Below, piece after piece: positions 38,403 to 47,390 of a DNA stretch of 64,000 nucleotides. Each line of letters starts with the position of its first letter. Position 1 is the stretch's first letter. The stretch spans positions 17,266-81,265 of the forward strand of contig JAOZFH010000007.1 of the NCBI GenBank assembly GCA_027491415.1. The letters run 5' to 3'. The position numbers were made by a program, and so were the translations under genes. Source of the stretch: Thermoproteota archaeon (GTDB lineage: Archaea; Korarchaeota; Korarchaeia; Korarchaeales; Korarchaeaceae). Below the pieces are notes generated by a model. That model ran no database searches and was not told the DNA's origin. It worked only from the letters and a program-made list of their open reading frames with translations.

Positions 38403-41060
38403 ATGGGACGCCCCTGGCACGCGATGACCGTCGAAGAGATCCTAAACGAGTTAAAGACGTCTCTCAATGGTCTATCCTCCCGAGAGGCGTCTGTTAGGCT
38501 TCGAGAATTCGGCCCTAACGAGCTTGAAGAGACCAAGAAGAGGGGAGTGTCGGAGATATTCGTCGACCAATTCAAGAGCGTCCTAGTGGCGCTCCTGATC
38601 TTCGCCGCCCTCTTCAGCGTCCTAATCAGGGAGTACGTGGACGCCGCTGCGATAGGAGCAATCTTGGTTGTGAACTCTATCCTGGGGACGGTTCAGGAGT
38701 ACAGGGCAGAGCAGGCCCTCGAGGCCCTGAAACGGCTCGCCGCCCCGAGGGCAACCGTGATCAGGGACGGCGTGCAGGTGAAGATCGCCTCTCCCGAGGT
38801 CGTGCCCGGGGACATAATCGTCCTCCAGGCGGGCGACAGGGTCCCGGCAGACGCCAGACTCATCGAGAGCGCGCACCTGAAGGTGGACGAGTCGGTTCTC
38901 ACCGGAGAGTCGGTTCCCGTCGAGAAGTTCGCGGACCTGGTGCTGGACGAGGACACCCCCCTGCCGGAGCGGAGGAACATGGTCTACTCCTCAACTGTCG
39001 TGGCCTACGGGCGCGGCAAGGCCGTGGTGGTCGAGACGGGAATGAACACGGAGATAGGCAGGATCGCGGCCATGGTGCAGCTGGAGGAGAAGGAGGAAAC
39101 GCCCCTGCAGAGGAGGCTGGACAGCTTCGGAAAGAAGCTGGGGGGCTTCATACTCCTCCTGACCGCCCTCGTGACCGTCGAGGGAATCTACGAGCTTGGA
39201 GGGCTCGAGAGCCTGTCCGTCCTCGAGGAGGTCGTGCTGACCGGAATAAGCTTGGCAGTCTCCGCCGTTCCGGAGGGGCTTCCGGCCGTCGTCACGGTGG
39301 CCCTCGCCATAGGCGTTCAGAGGATGGCCTCGAGGAATGCCATTGTCAGGAGGCTGGCCGCCGTCGAGACCTTGGGGAGCGCCACGGTCATCGCCACCGA
39401 CAAGACCGGCACGATAACCATGAACGAGATGACCGTCCGGCAGGTCTGGGTGTCGGGGAGGCTGCTGGACGTTGGCTCTCTAGAGCTCTCTTTGGCCCCT
39501 GAGATAAGCTTACACTCCCCGGTCGACGCCCTAGTAAAGGGGTCAGTCCTCTGCAACGACTCAGACGTTGAGGAGCGCGGTGGGAAGTTGGTGAGGGTTG
39601 GGGACCCGACGGAGCTGGCTCTTCTCTCAATGGCCCGGAACCTGAGAGTAGACCACAGGGAACTCAGAAGGCTCTATCCCCGCGTGGCTGAGGTTCCGTT
39701 TGACTCGTCGAGGAAGAGGATGACGACCTTCCACTCCATGGGAGGGGAGATGCTCGCCTTCACGAAGGGCGCGCCGGAGGTCGTACTCTCGCTCTGCGAC
39801 AGAGTGCTCTGGGATGGGGGCGAGCTCAGGGAGCTTGACGAAGAGCTGCGGGCGAAGATAAATGGGGTCACGAGGGACATGGCGGCCAGGGCCTTGAGGG
39901 TCCTCGCGGTCGCTTACAGGAGGATCCCCGAGGGGGAGGAGCTGGGGGCCCACCAGGAGTCAGGCATGGTGCTGGTTGGCCTGGTGGGCATGATGGACCC
40001 TCCGAGGCCGGAGGTTCCAGACGCGGTGCGGAAGGCTAAGAGGGCTGGGATCAGGATCGTGATGGTCACGGGAGACCACGCGCTCACGGCCGCCGCCGTG
40101 GCGAAGGAGGTGGGAATCGACGACTCCGGCAGGGTCGTAACCGGGTGGGAGCTCGACTCAATGAGCGACGAGGAGCTCCAGGAGGTCGTCAGAGAGGTAT
40201 CCGTGTTCGCCAGGGTGAGCCCCGAGCACAAGCTCCGGATACTGAAGGCCCTGAAGGCCGGCGGAGACATCGTGGCCATGACCGGAGACGGCGTGAATGA
40301 CGCCCCCGCCGTCAAGAAGGCTGACATAGGCATAGCCATGGGCGTCAGGGGATCTGACGTGACTAGAGAGGCCTCGGACATGGTCCTGACGGACGACAAC
40401 TTCGCAACAATCGTAAACGCCATAGAGGAGGGACGTCGAATCTACGAGAATATTCGGAAGTTCGTCAGGCTCCTCCTGTCCGCGAACTGGGACGAGATAA
40501 TGGTGGTCTCCGCCGCGGCATTTCTGGATCTCCCCCTGCCCTTCCTCCCGCTCCAGATCCTGTGGCTCAACCTGCTGACGGACGGTTTGCCCGCCATGGC
40601 GCTCGGCCTTGACCCGCCAGACGAGGACGTTATGGAGAGGCCCCCAAGGGACCCGAATGAGGAGATATATCACGGCATGCTGTGGTACATCGTAGTGGCC
40701 GCCTTGGTCGCGGCCGCCGCTTCCCTCGTGCCATTCTGGCTCGAGCTGAAGGTGACCGGAGATGTTGCGCGTGCGAGGACGCTCGCCTTCACCATAGCCG
40801 TCGTCTTTGAGCTGTTCTTGTCCTTGAACTGCAGGTCTCCCAGGAAGTACGTCTACACATCTTGGTCCGCCATCACCGCCAACAAGGCCCTGTTGCTGGC
40901 GGTCGCATCCTCCTTCGCGCTTCAACTGGCCGCGATATACCTCCCCCCACTTCAGCTCGTGTTCAAGACCGCTCCGCTCAACTTCAGGGACTGGGTACTG
41001 GTGCTGATCGGCGCGTCGGGCGGGATAATCTTGTACCCTGGGCTGCTGGAGAGGGAGTGA
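38403..41060 (+). CDS. P-type cation-transporting ATPase (type IIA, Ca2+-like)
   Basis: TGES, PEGLP, DKTGT, KGAPE, DPPR, TGDGVND, NLLTDG. Confidence 0.95.
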   Translation: MGRPWHAMTVEEILNELKTSLNGLSSREASVRLREFGPNELEETKKRGVSEIFVDQFKSVLVALLIFAALFSVLIREYVDAAAIGAILVVNSILGTVQEYRAEQALEALKRLAAPRATVIRDGVQVKIASPEVVPGDIIVLQAGDRVPADARLIESAHLKVDESVLTGESVPVEKFADLVLDEDTPLPERRNMVYSSTVVAYGRGKAVVVETGMNTEIGRIAAMVQLEEKEETPLQRRLDSFGKKLGGFILLLTALVTVEGIYELGGLESLSVLEEVVLTGISLAVSAVPEGLPAVVTVALAIGVQRMASRNAIVRRLAAVETLGSATVIATDKTGTITMNEMTVRQVWVSGRLLDVGSLELSLAPEISLHSPVDALVKGSVLCNDSDVEERGGKLVRVGDPTELALLSMARNLRVDHRELRRLYPRVAEVPFDSSRKRMTTFHSMGGEMLAFTKGAPEVVLSLCDRVLWDGGELRELDEELRAKINGVTRDMAARALRVLAVAYRRIPEGEELGAHQESGMVLVGLVGMMDPPRPEVPDAVRKAKRAGIRIVMVTGDHALTAAAVAKEVGIDDSGRVVTGWELDSMSDEELQEVVREVSVFARVSPEHKLRILKALKAGGDIVAMTGDGVNDAPAVKKADIGIAMGVRGSDVTREASDMVLTDDNFATIVNAIEEGRRIYENIRKFVRLLLSANWDEIMVVSAAAFLDLPLPFLPLQILWLNLLTDGLPAMALGLDPPDEDVMERPPRDPNEEIYHGMLWYIVVAALVAAAASLVPFWLELKVTGDVARARTLAFTIAVVFELFLSLNCRSPRKYVYTSWSAITANKALLLAVASSFALQLAAIYLPPLQLVFKTAPLNFRDWVLVLIGASGGIILYPGLLERE

Positions 41061-41067
41061 GGGTTCG

Positions 41068-41955
41068 GTGACCAGGGAGTACGACTACCTCGCGGTTGGC
41101 CACCTCACGCTGGACGAGCTAGGGCGTGGAAGGTTGAGGATTGGCGGGGCAGCGGCGTACGGCTCCGTCTTCGCTGCCGGCTTGGGTCTGTCCGCCGGGG
41201 TGGTGTCCGTTGTCGGAGAGGACTTCCCGCGCGATAAGTTGGACTGGCTTAGACGACAGGGAGTGGATCTCTCTGGCGTCAGGGTTGGAGAGGGCCCCAG
41301 TACAAGATTCAGGATCGTTCTCGGGCCCAATAGAGTGGTTTCCTCCCTCTCTTCAAGGGCACGGCCACTACAAGTTGCCGACGTGGCGTCGTTTCGTGGG
41401 AAGGTCACCCATCTGGGCTCAGTGGCCGGTGAAATCTCGAAGCAGGTGGCGCTCCAGTGCGCGTCGTCGTGTGAAGTGCTTGTGATCGACCTCCAAGGAT
41501 TCCTGAGAAGGTTTGATCCTTCGGGTCACGTGTCTCTTGCCCCCGAGGGGATCAGCTCCCTGGAGGGGATTCAGGCGGTTGTACACGCCAACGAGTTAGA
41601 GGCAAAAGAGGCCACCGGTTTGACTGATCCGCTACTGGCGGCCCAGGCTCTCTCTAGAAGGTTTGGGGTGGCTGCCGTCACGCTAGGCGGGAGGGGCGCT
41701 GTCGTGTCGGGTCCAGACGGTACCCTCGTCGCCAGGCCTCCGGCAGTTAACGCCGAGGATGACGTCGGCGCCGGAGATGTCTTCTCTGCCGCGCTAGGAG
41801 CGGCCCTGATTAACAGTGAGCGAATCGATGGTGCGGCAAGATTTGCCGTCGCCGCAGCCGCCGCGTCAACGAAATTCGCAGGCCCGGAGCCAATCCCGTC
41901 GGATCTCATAAGGAGGCTCGAGAGGGGGGTTCGAATAACCTACCTCAGCCGCTAG
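41068..41955 (+). CDS. PfkB family carbohydrate kinase
   Basis: GHLTLD, GGAAAYG, VGEDF, DLQG, NELEA, DDVGAGDVF. Confidence 0.88.
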   Translation: MTREYDYLAVGHLTLDELGRGRLRIGGAAAYGSVFAAGLGLSAGVVSVVGEDFPRDKLDWLRRQGVDLSGVRVGEGPSTRFRIVLGPNRVVSSLSSRARPLQVADVASFRGKVTHLGSVAGEISKQVALQCASSCEVLVIDLQGFLRRFDPSGHVSLAPEGISSLEGIQAVVHANELEAKEATGLTDPLLAAQALSRRFGVAAVTLGGRGAVVSGPDGTLVARPPAVNAEDDVGAGDVFSAALGAALINSERIDGAARFAVAAAAASTKFAGPEPIPSDLIRRLERGVRITYLSR

Positions 41956-42563
41956 GTGGACACTGAATCCACCTTCACGGCCAATAGGTCGATCTGGCCC
42001 GCCCACCTTTCCCTCACCCCCACCACGCGCATGCCGAGCGACGTCAACCCCTCAACCAGGTGATCCAACGGGAGGAATGTCGAGTGGAGCCCCATCATTC
42101 TCTCAACCCCTCTCAAGATGCGAGTGGGGAATCTAGAATCGTCGAAATCGTAGACACCAAGCACGCCGCCGATTTTCAGGATCCTTACAGCCTCCCTGAG
42201 GGCCCTCATCGGCCCACGGATGTGGTGCAGGGAGTCAAAGAATATGACGAAATCGGCCACCTCGTCCCTTAGGGGCAGCATCCTGGCGTCCGCCCTCAGC
42301 ACGGAGACGTTGGGCATGTCCTCCAGGCGCCTCCTCGCCGACGAGGCCATCTCCCTGTCTACCTCGACCAGGATGAGGTGTCCAACCCTGTCGGCTATCA
42401 GCTCAGCGGAGAGACCGTAACCGGCCCCCACGTCGACGCCGATCGCCCCGGGGCCGACCACGCTTAAGAGCTCGGAGACCGGGCGGTATACGCTCCTGAG
42501 CCCAAGGGAGTAGACGACGCGGTAGGCGAGCGGGGTCTTCTCCTTCTCTTCCTCCTTTCCCAT
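41952..42563 (-). CDS. Class I SAM-dependent methyltransferase
   Basis: DVGAGYG, DARMLP, SLHH, LKIGG. Confidence 0.88.
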   Translation of the reverse strand: MGKEEEKEKTPLAYRVVYSLGLRSVYRPVSELLSVVGPGAIGVDVGAGYGLSAELIADRVGHLILVEVDREMASSARRRLEDMPNVSVLRADARMLPLRDEVADFVIFFDSLHHIRGPMRALREAVRILKIGGVLGVYDFDDSRFPTRILRGVERMMGLHSTFLPLDHLVEGLTSLGMRVVGVRERWAGQIDLLAVKVDSVST

Positions 42564-42621
42564 CCGACCTCCGGCCGATGGAGGTGCAAATCACTTTAAC
42601 CGTGCCCTGCCCGACCGGTCC

Positions 42622-43311
42622 GTGCGGGATCTCAAGAGCCTGATGCTGCGCAAGGTGATACACGCCGTCATGGCCCTGAGCCTCGCCGCACCGGCCGTGA
42701 TCCTCCCCAAGCTGCCGGAGTCTCTGTTTCTCCTCCATCGGCCGTCTCCTGCCGAGGTTTATGGCCTCCTGATGATCGCCGCCGCCTGGGTCAACGCGCT
42801 GAGGGTCAAGGGGCCCGCCGTAGAGGTCACCCCGGAGGAGCTGGAGAGGGTACTGCAGAGGACTCCGGTGGGCCAGAGCGTGGACGCGGTGGTCAGGTGG
42901 CTGGACTCCAAGATACGCCAGCTGGAGAGGGAGTACGAGAGGAGGGCCGGTTGGGTCGGCCTCATGTACGGGGTCATAGGCGTTGGGGTCTCCTACTTCC
43001 TCTTCGGCTGGAACTTCCTCTGGGGGGTCGTGGCGCTCGCCACTACCGACGTCGCCTCGGCCGTCGTGGGGGCGTACGCGGGGAGGCTGAGAATGCCCTT
43101 TGCGTCCACCTCAACGGTGGAGGGCACGGTCGCCGGGTTCCTAGCCATCCTCCCGGTGGCCCTCCTGTTCAGGGATCCCGCGAGCGCCGTTCTTCTGTCT
43201 GCGGCCGCCGCGTTGTCTGAGGCCTACGGAGTGGAGGACAACCTCGAGGTACCCTTCGTCGTCTCGGGGCTCGCCTGGCTCATGCCCCGCCTGGGACTAG
43301 GAGTTCCGTGA
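42622..43311 (+). CDS. Dolichol/phytol kinase-like membrane protein
   Basis: RKVIH, D.ASAVVG..G, TVEGT..F, DNLEVP. Confidence 0.75.
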   Translation: MRDLKSLMLRKVIHAVMALSLAAPAVILPKLPESLFLLHRPSPAEVYGLLMIAAAWVNALRVKGPAVEVTPEELERVLQRTPVGQSVDAVVRWLDSKIRQLEREYERRAGWVGLMYGVIGVGVSYFLFGWNFLWGVVALATTDVASAVVGAYAGRLRMPFASTSTVEGTVAGFLAILPVALLFRDPASAVLLSAAAALSEAYGVEDNLEVPFVVSGLAWLMPRLGLGVP

Positions 43312-44467
43312 TGAACCTCTCGAGCGCGGCAACGTCCTCTAGGTAGACGAACTCTAGGGGGGCGTGTATGTTGTTGTCCACCCTGATGGCGCCTATGGCG
43401 ACCGTGGGAACCCCCCTCGACGCGAAGAGGTAGCCGTCGTTCCCTCCCAGCTCTGCGGCCATCTTTCTCGTGCCCAAGGCCCTCTCCATGGCGTCAAGCG
43501 CCTCCCTCACGAAGGGGTGGTCGGGCGGGGTCATCCAACCGGTGTTCACCTCCCCCACGAGCTTCATCGACACCTCGAGGCTCAGCCTGGCCGCGGCGTC
43601 CGCGAGGAAGGACCTCAGCTCCTCGAGCGCCCGCTCTGGATCCTCTCCGGGCACGATCCTCATGTCGAACCCTAGCCTGGCCTCGCTCGGCACGGCGTTG
43701 TGCTTCTCCCCGGCGCGCAGCATCGTGACCGTGAACCTTCCCCACACCCTCTCCACGGGGGAGTCCGGCGGGCTCGGGAGGTCGGAGAGCCTCGTGGCCC
43801 TGTGCCTCGAGAAGCTCTCCAGCTCGCAGATGAGCCTGACCAGACCGTAGATGGGGTTTCTCGTCTTGTGCGGGTATCCGGCGTGCCCTCCCTTCCCCCT
43901 GACGGTTATCCAGCCGTCGGCCACCCCGCTCGCGCCCACGCTGAGGTGCTCTATGGCGGCGTCCAGTATGACCGCGGCGTCCCCCGTGATCCCGGCCCCC
44001 TCGACGACCTCCCTTATCCCCGCGCCGCCGACCTCCTCGTCCCCGACCACGATGGCCAGGGGGTTGTACCTCAGCTCACCCTCCCGCCCGCTCTCGACTA
44101 TCCGCCTGAGGGCACCCAGCGTGGCCGCGATGGCAGACTTGTCGTCGGCCGCACCCCTCCCGTAGAGGCGGCCGTTAACCAGGAGGGGCTCGAAGGGGTC
44201 GATCTCCCTGCCGTCCAGGACCCACGGTCCCCCGGCCGGGACGACGTCGTAGTGGCTCACGAGCGCGAGATCCCTCTCGGCACCGGCGTCGAGCCTCGCC
44301 ACGACGTTGGGTACCTCCTCCCCCACGATCTCGACGCTCAGGCCGATCTCCCTGAAGTACCCGGCCACCAGCTCGGCGGCCTCACTGTAGTTCTTCCTCT
44401 CGGTGGCGTCGGTGTCGAGAGCGACCAGGCGCTTGAGGACCTCAACCTCCCACTCCACGAGGCCCAC
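43280..44467 (-). CDS. M20 family metallopeptidase (ArgE/DapE-like)
   Basis: HYDVVP, GRGAADDK, DEEVGG, GGHAG, GGND, HAPLE. Confidence 0.9.
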   Translation of the reverse strand: MGLVEWEVEVLKRLVALDTDATERKNYSEAAELVAGYFREIGLSVEIVGEEVPNVVARLDAGAERDLALVSHYDVVPAGGPWVLDGREIDPFEPLLVNGRLYGRGAADDKSAIAATLGALRRIVESGREGELRYNPLAIVVGDEEVGGAGIREVVEGAGITGDAAVILDAAIEHLSVGASGVADGWITVRGKGGHAGYPHKTRNPIYGLVRLICELESFSRHRATRLSDLPSPPDSPVERVWGRFTVTMLRAGEKHNAVPSEARLGFDMRIVPGEDPERALEELRSFLADAAARLSLEVSMKLVGEVNTGWMTPPDHPFVREALDAMERALGTRKMAAELGGNDGYLFASRGVPTVAIGAIRVDNNIHAPLEFVYLEDVAALERFITELLVPGGA

Positions 44468-44518
44468 CCGAACGTGCTCAGAGGTTCAGGTTAATAGACT
44501 GACGAGGGAGTAGGCGGG

Positions 44519-45739
44519 ATGTCCGCGCGGGTGGCGCTCATCGGGACCGGGGTGACATCGAGGGTAGTGGCGATCTCGCTAGCCAGGGACGATCTCGCCA
44601 CCTGGGTGGGCGAGCTGCTGATAGCGGATAAGGACCCAGAGGCCGCCAAGAGAGCCGCAGAGGAGTCCCAGGCCCTTACGAGGTCGAAGCAGGTCTCGTG
44701 GACCCAGCTCGACGCGCGAGACGTGGACGCGGTCGCCCGCCTGGTCAGGGGGTACGACGTCCTGATCAACGGGGCAATCTTCAAGGTGATCCCGCCCCTC
44801 ACGAAGGCGGCCTTAGAGGCGCGAGTCCCCTACATTGACTTCGGCTCAGACAGGGAGACGCTCCAATGGCAGCTCTCCTTGAGCGAGGACTTCCGGCGAG
44901 TCGGGGTACCGGCCCTCCCCGCGATGGGCGGTTCGCCCGGCCTGATCAACGTCCTCGCGAGGCTGGCCGTTGACCAGCTAGATGAGGTCCGTGAAATCCG
45001 CATGAGAGAGGGCTGGATCGACCGGGTGGACTACGAGGCCCTGGGGATTCCACTCCCGGTGCCCTACTCCTTCGAGACGATTCTGGACGAGTTCGTCTAC
45101 GGGGGTGAAGTGTGGACCGCCGAGGGGCCGAGGCCCACGCCGCCCCTGGGTGGCAGGGAGGAGTTTGAGTTCCCCGAGCCAGTGGGGAGGCAGCCTTGCT
45201 ACTACGTCGATCACCCTGAGACGTGGAGCCTCGGGGAGACCTTCAGAGACCGCGGGCTCCAACTGGTCGACTACAAACTCTCGTTTCCGGATGACCTCCT
45301 CGAGAAGTACGATCTCTTGGTAAGGCTGGGGTTCGCCTCCGAGGATCCTCTTGATCTCCCGGGGTGCGGAAGGTCTCCTATGGAGATCTTGGAGTACCTA
45401 GTCAACAGGACCATCCAGGGGAAATCCTGGACCCCCGACGACGTAGACGTGATGGTCGTCACGGCCGTGGGGTCAATCTCAGTTCGGCCAGCTACGGTCG
45501 TTGTCACCGCATCGGCCGAGTCTTGGACGAGACCTCCAGCGTCGGCCCACGGCATCTTGGTGGCCGCTCCAGCGATAACGGCCGCCAGGATGTTGGTAGA
45601 GGGAGAACTGAAGCCTGGAGTTCACCTCCCCGAGCGCGCCATAGACCCGGAGCCCTTCCTCCGAGAGGTGGCCAGGTTCGGAGTCTCGGTGGACCTCACC
45701 GTGACCACGAAGAGACTCTCCCTCCAGCGCGAGGAGTAG
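44519..45739 (+). CDS. Saccharopine dehydrogenase-like oxidoreductase
   Basis: Rossmann N-terminus (IGTG, IAD), GGSPGLINV, YSFETILDE, FPEPVG, HPE, PGVHLPE. Confidence 0.8.
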   Translation: MSARVALIGTGVTSRVVAISLARDDLATWVGELLIADKDPEAAKRAAEESQALTRSKQVSWTQLDARDVDAVARLVRGYDVLINGAIFKVIPPLTKAALEARVPYIDFGSDRETLQWQLSLSEDFRRVGVPALPAMGGSPGLINVLARLAVDQLDEVREIRMREGWIDRVDYEALGIPLPVPYSFETILDEFVYGGEVWTAEGPRPTPPLGGREEFEFPEPVGRQPCYYVDHPETWSLGETFRDRGLQLVDYKLSFPDDLLEKYDLLVRLGFASEDPLDLPGCGRSPMEILEYLVNRTIQGKSWTPDDVDVMVVTAVGSISVRPATVVVTASAESWTRPPASAHGILVAAPAITAARMLVEGELKPGVHLPERAIDPEPFLREVARFGVSVDLTVTTKRLSLQREE

Positions 45740-45779
45740 GGTCGTCCCGATCCGAAAAATCATTTTACTTTAGGAGCCG

Positions 45780-46529
45780 TTGGAGAGTCCTGTGCCGACG
45801 GAGAGGCTGTACTACCAAGATCAGTACTTGAAGGAGTTCACCGCAATAGTCGCCTCGGTGGAGGAGCTCCCGGACGGCAAGGTAGGAGCGGTGCTGGACA
45901 GGACCGCTTTCTACCCCGAGGGCGGCGGACAGCCAGCTGACACGGGGGTTCTGGAGGGCCCCTCCGGAAAGCTCAAGGTTGTCTGGGCGGAGAATAGGGG
46001 AGAGGACGTGCTTCACATCGGCGAGCTCGAGGGGTCCCTCTCCCCGGGTGATGAGGTTAGGGGAGTGCTGGACTGGGATAGGCGGTACGCCATAATGAGG
46101 ACGCACACGGCGGCACACGTGCTAATGCACGCGGTCGATCGACTTTTCGGCCGAACGGCGCTGGCCGGCAGCGGCCTGAGTGTGGGCTCTGGCCGGCTCG
46201 ACTTCGCTGCGAAGATAACACGAGATCAGCTCCCCTCGATAGAGGAGGAGGCCAATAGAATAGTCCAGATGGACGCGGAGGTCAGGGCCAACGTGCTGCC
46301 GAGGGACAAGGCAGAGGAACTCCTAGCGAGGTACGGCGCGGGCCTGGGACCCGCTCAGGAGGGGATGGAAGAGGTAAGAATCGTGGAGATCGTGGGCGTG
46401 GGCGCGGACCCCTGCGGCGGGACTCACGTCGCGAGGACCGGGGAGATAGGAGGCATCAAGATCCTCAAGAGGAAGAGCAAGGGCAAGGGTGTGGTGAGGC
46501 TGGAGTACGCGGTCTCCGGGTTCTATTGA
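45780..46529 (+). CDS. alaX: Alanyl-tRNA editing protein (AlaX-M type)
   Basis: LYYQDQY, TAFYPEGGGQPAD, HTAAH, CGGTH. Confidence 0.9.
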   Translation: MESPVPTERLYYQDQYLKEFTAIVASVEELPDGKVGAVLDRTAFYPEGGGQPADTGVLEGPSGKLKVVWAENRGEDVLHIGELEGSLSPGDEVRGVLDWDRRYAIMRTHTAAHVLMHAVDRLFGRTALAGSGLSVGSGRLDFAAKITRDQLPSIEEEANRIVQMDAEVRANVLPRDKAEELLARYGAGLGPAQEGMEEVRIVEIVGVGADPCGGTHVARTGEIGGIKILKRKSKGKGVVRLEYAVSGFY

Positions 46530-46538
46530 GGCCCCGGG

Positions 46539-47390
46539 GTGTATCCATTGCGTCCGCGGCGGGGTGTCGCGCTGGCAATCGCGCTGATGGCTCTGGTTCC
46601 GCTGATTGTGGCCGAGGCTCAGGCCGAGCCGACCCCCTGCAGGGTCACCCTGTACGAGGACGGGTGGGCCCTCGTCTCTGTGAATTGGAGTTCCGAGGGG
46701 TTCGTGAGCGCGATACCCCTGCTACCCGGGGCCGAGTCTCTCCTCGTCTCGGACAACGCGGGCGTTCCTCTGGGCTACAACGTCTCAGAAGGGATCCTCC
46801 TGGTGTGGGAGGTCTCGGACTTCGTCAACGTCACATACGAGACCCAGGCCATAACTGCCAAGGAGGGAGACGTCTGGACGGTGAACTTGAGCGTCAACCT
46901 AGGTACCTGCGAGATCCGACTCCCGAAGGGCTCGCTCCTAGTCGGAATGTCTGAGCTGCCCTCCGCGGTCACCTCGGTGGATAACAGGACAATAGTCTTC
47001 ATGGAGACCCCCTGTTGGGTCTCTTACGTCCTCCTAGCGAGATCTCACGGACCACAGCCGGAGAGGGAGCTGAGATACCTTTGGGTCGGGATCGCGACCG
47101 CCGGGGCCGTCGTGGCGGCCGCTATAGCACTCTTCCTCCGGGCGCGAGGGAGGAGGACCTCCGGAGAGAGGCCCCCGCTCTCGTACGACGACATAGCCCT
47201 CCTCAGGAAGCTGGACCAGATGGGCGGATCTGCCTACCTGTCCGAGCTTAGGGCTGCCCTCGAGATGCCCAAGACTACGATCTGGCGCAGGGCTAGGAGG
47301 CTGAGCGAGGGGGGCTTCATCGAGATGGAGAAGACCCCGAGGGGGAGCATCCTCAGGATCACTGAGGAGGGCAGGAGGGTGATCTCCTGA
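46539..47390 (+). CDS. Membrane-anchored winged-HTH protein (signal peptide, beta-rich ectodomain, TM, cytoplasmic HTH)
   Basis: C-terminal GGSAYLSELRAALEMPKTTIWRRARRLSEGGFI. Confidence 0.75.
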   Translation: MYPLRPRRGVALAIALMALVPLIVAEAQAEPTPCRVTLYEDGWALVSVNWSSEGFVSAIPLLPGAESLLVSDNAGVPLGYNVSEGILLVWEVSDFVNVTYETQAITAKEGDVWTVNLSVNLGTCEIRLPKGSLLVGMSELPSAVTSVDNRTIVFMETPCWVSYVLLARSHGPQPERELRYLWVGIATAGAVVAAAIALFLRARGRRTSGERPPLSYDDIALLRKLDQMGGSAYLSELRAALEMPKTTIWRRARRLSEGGFIEMEKTPRGSILRITEEGRRVIS

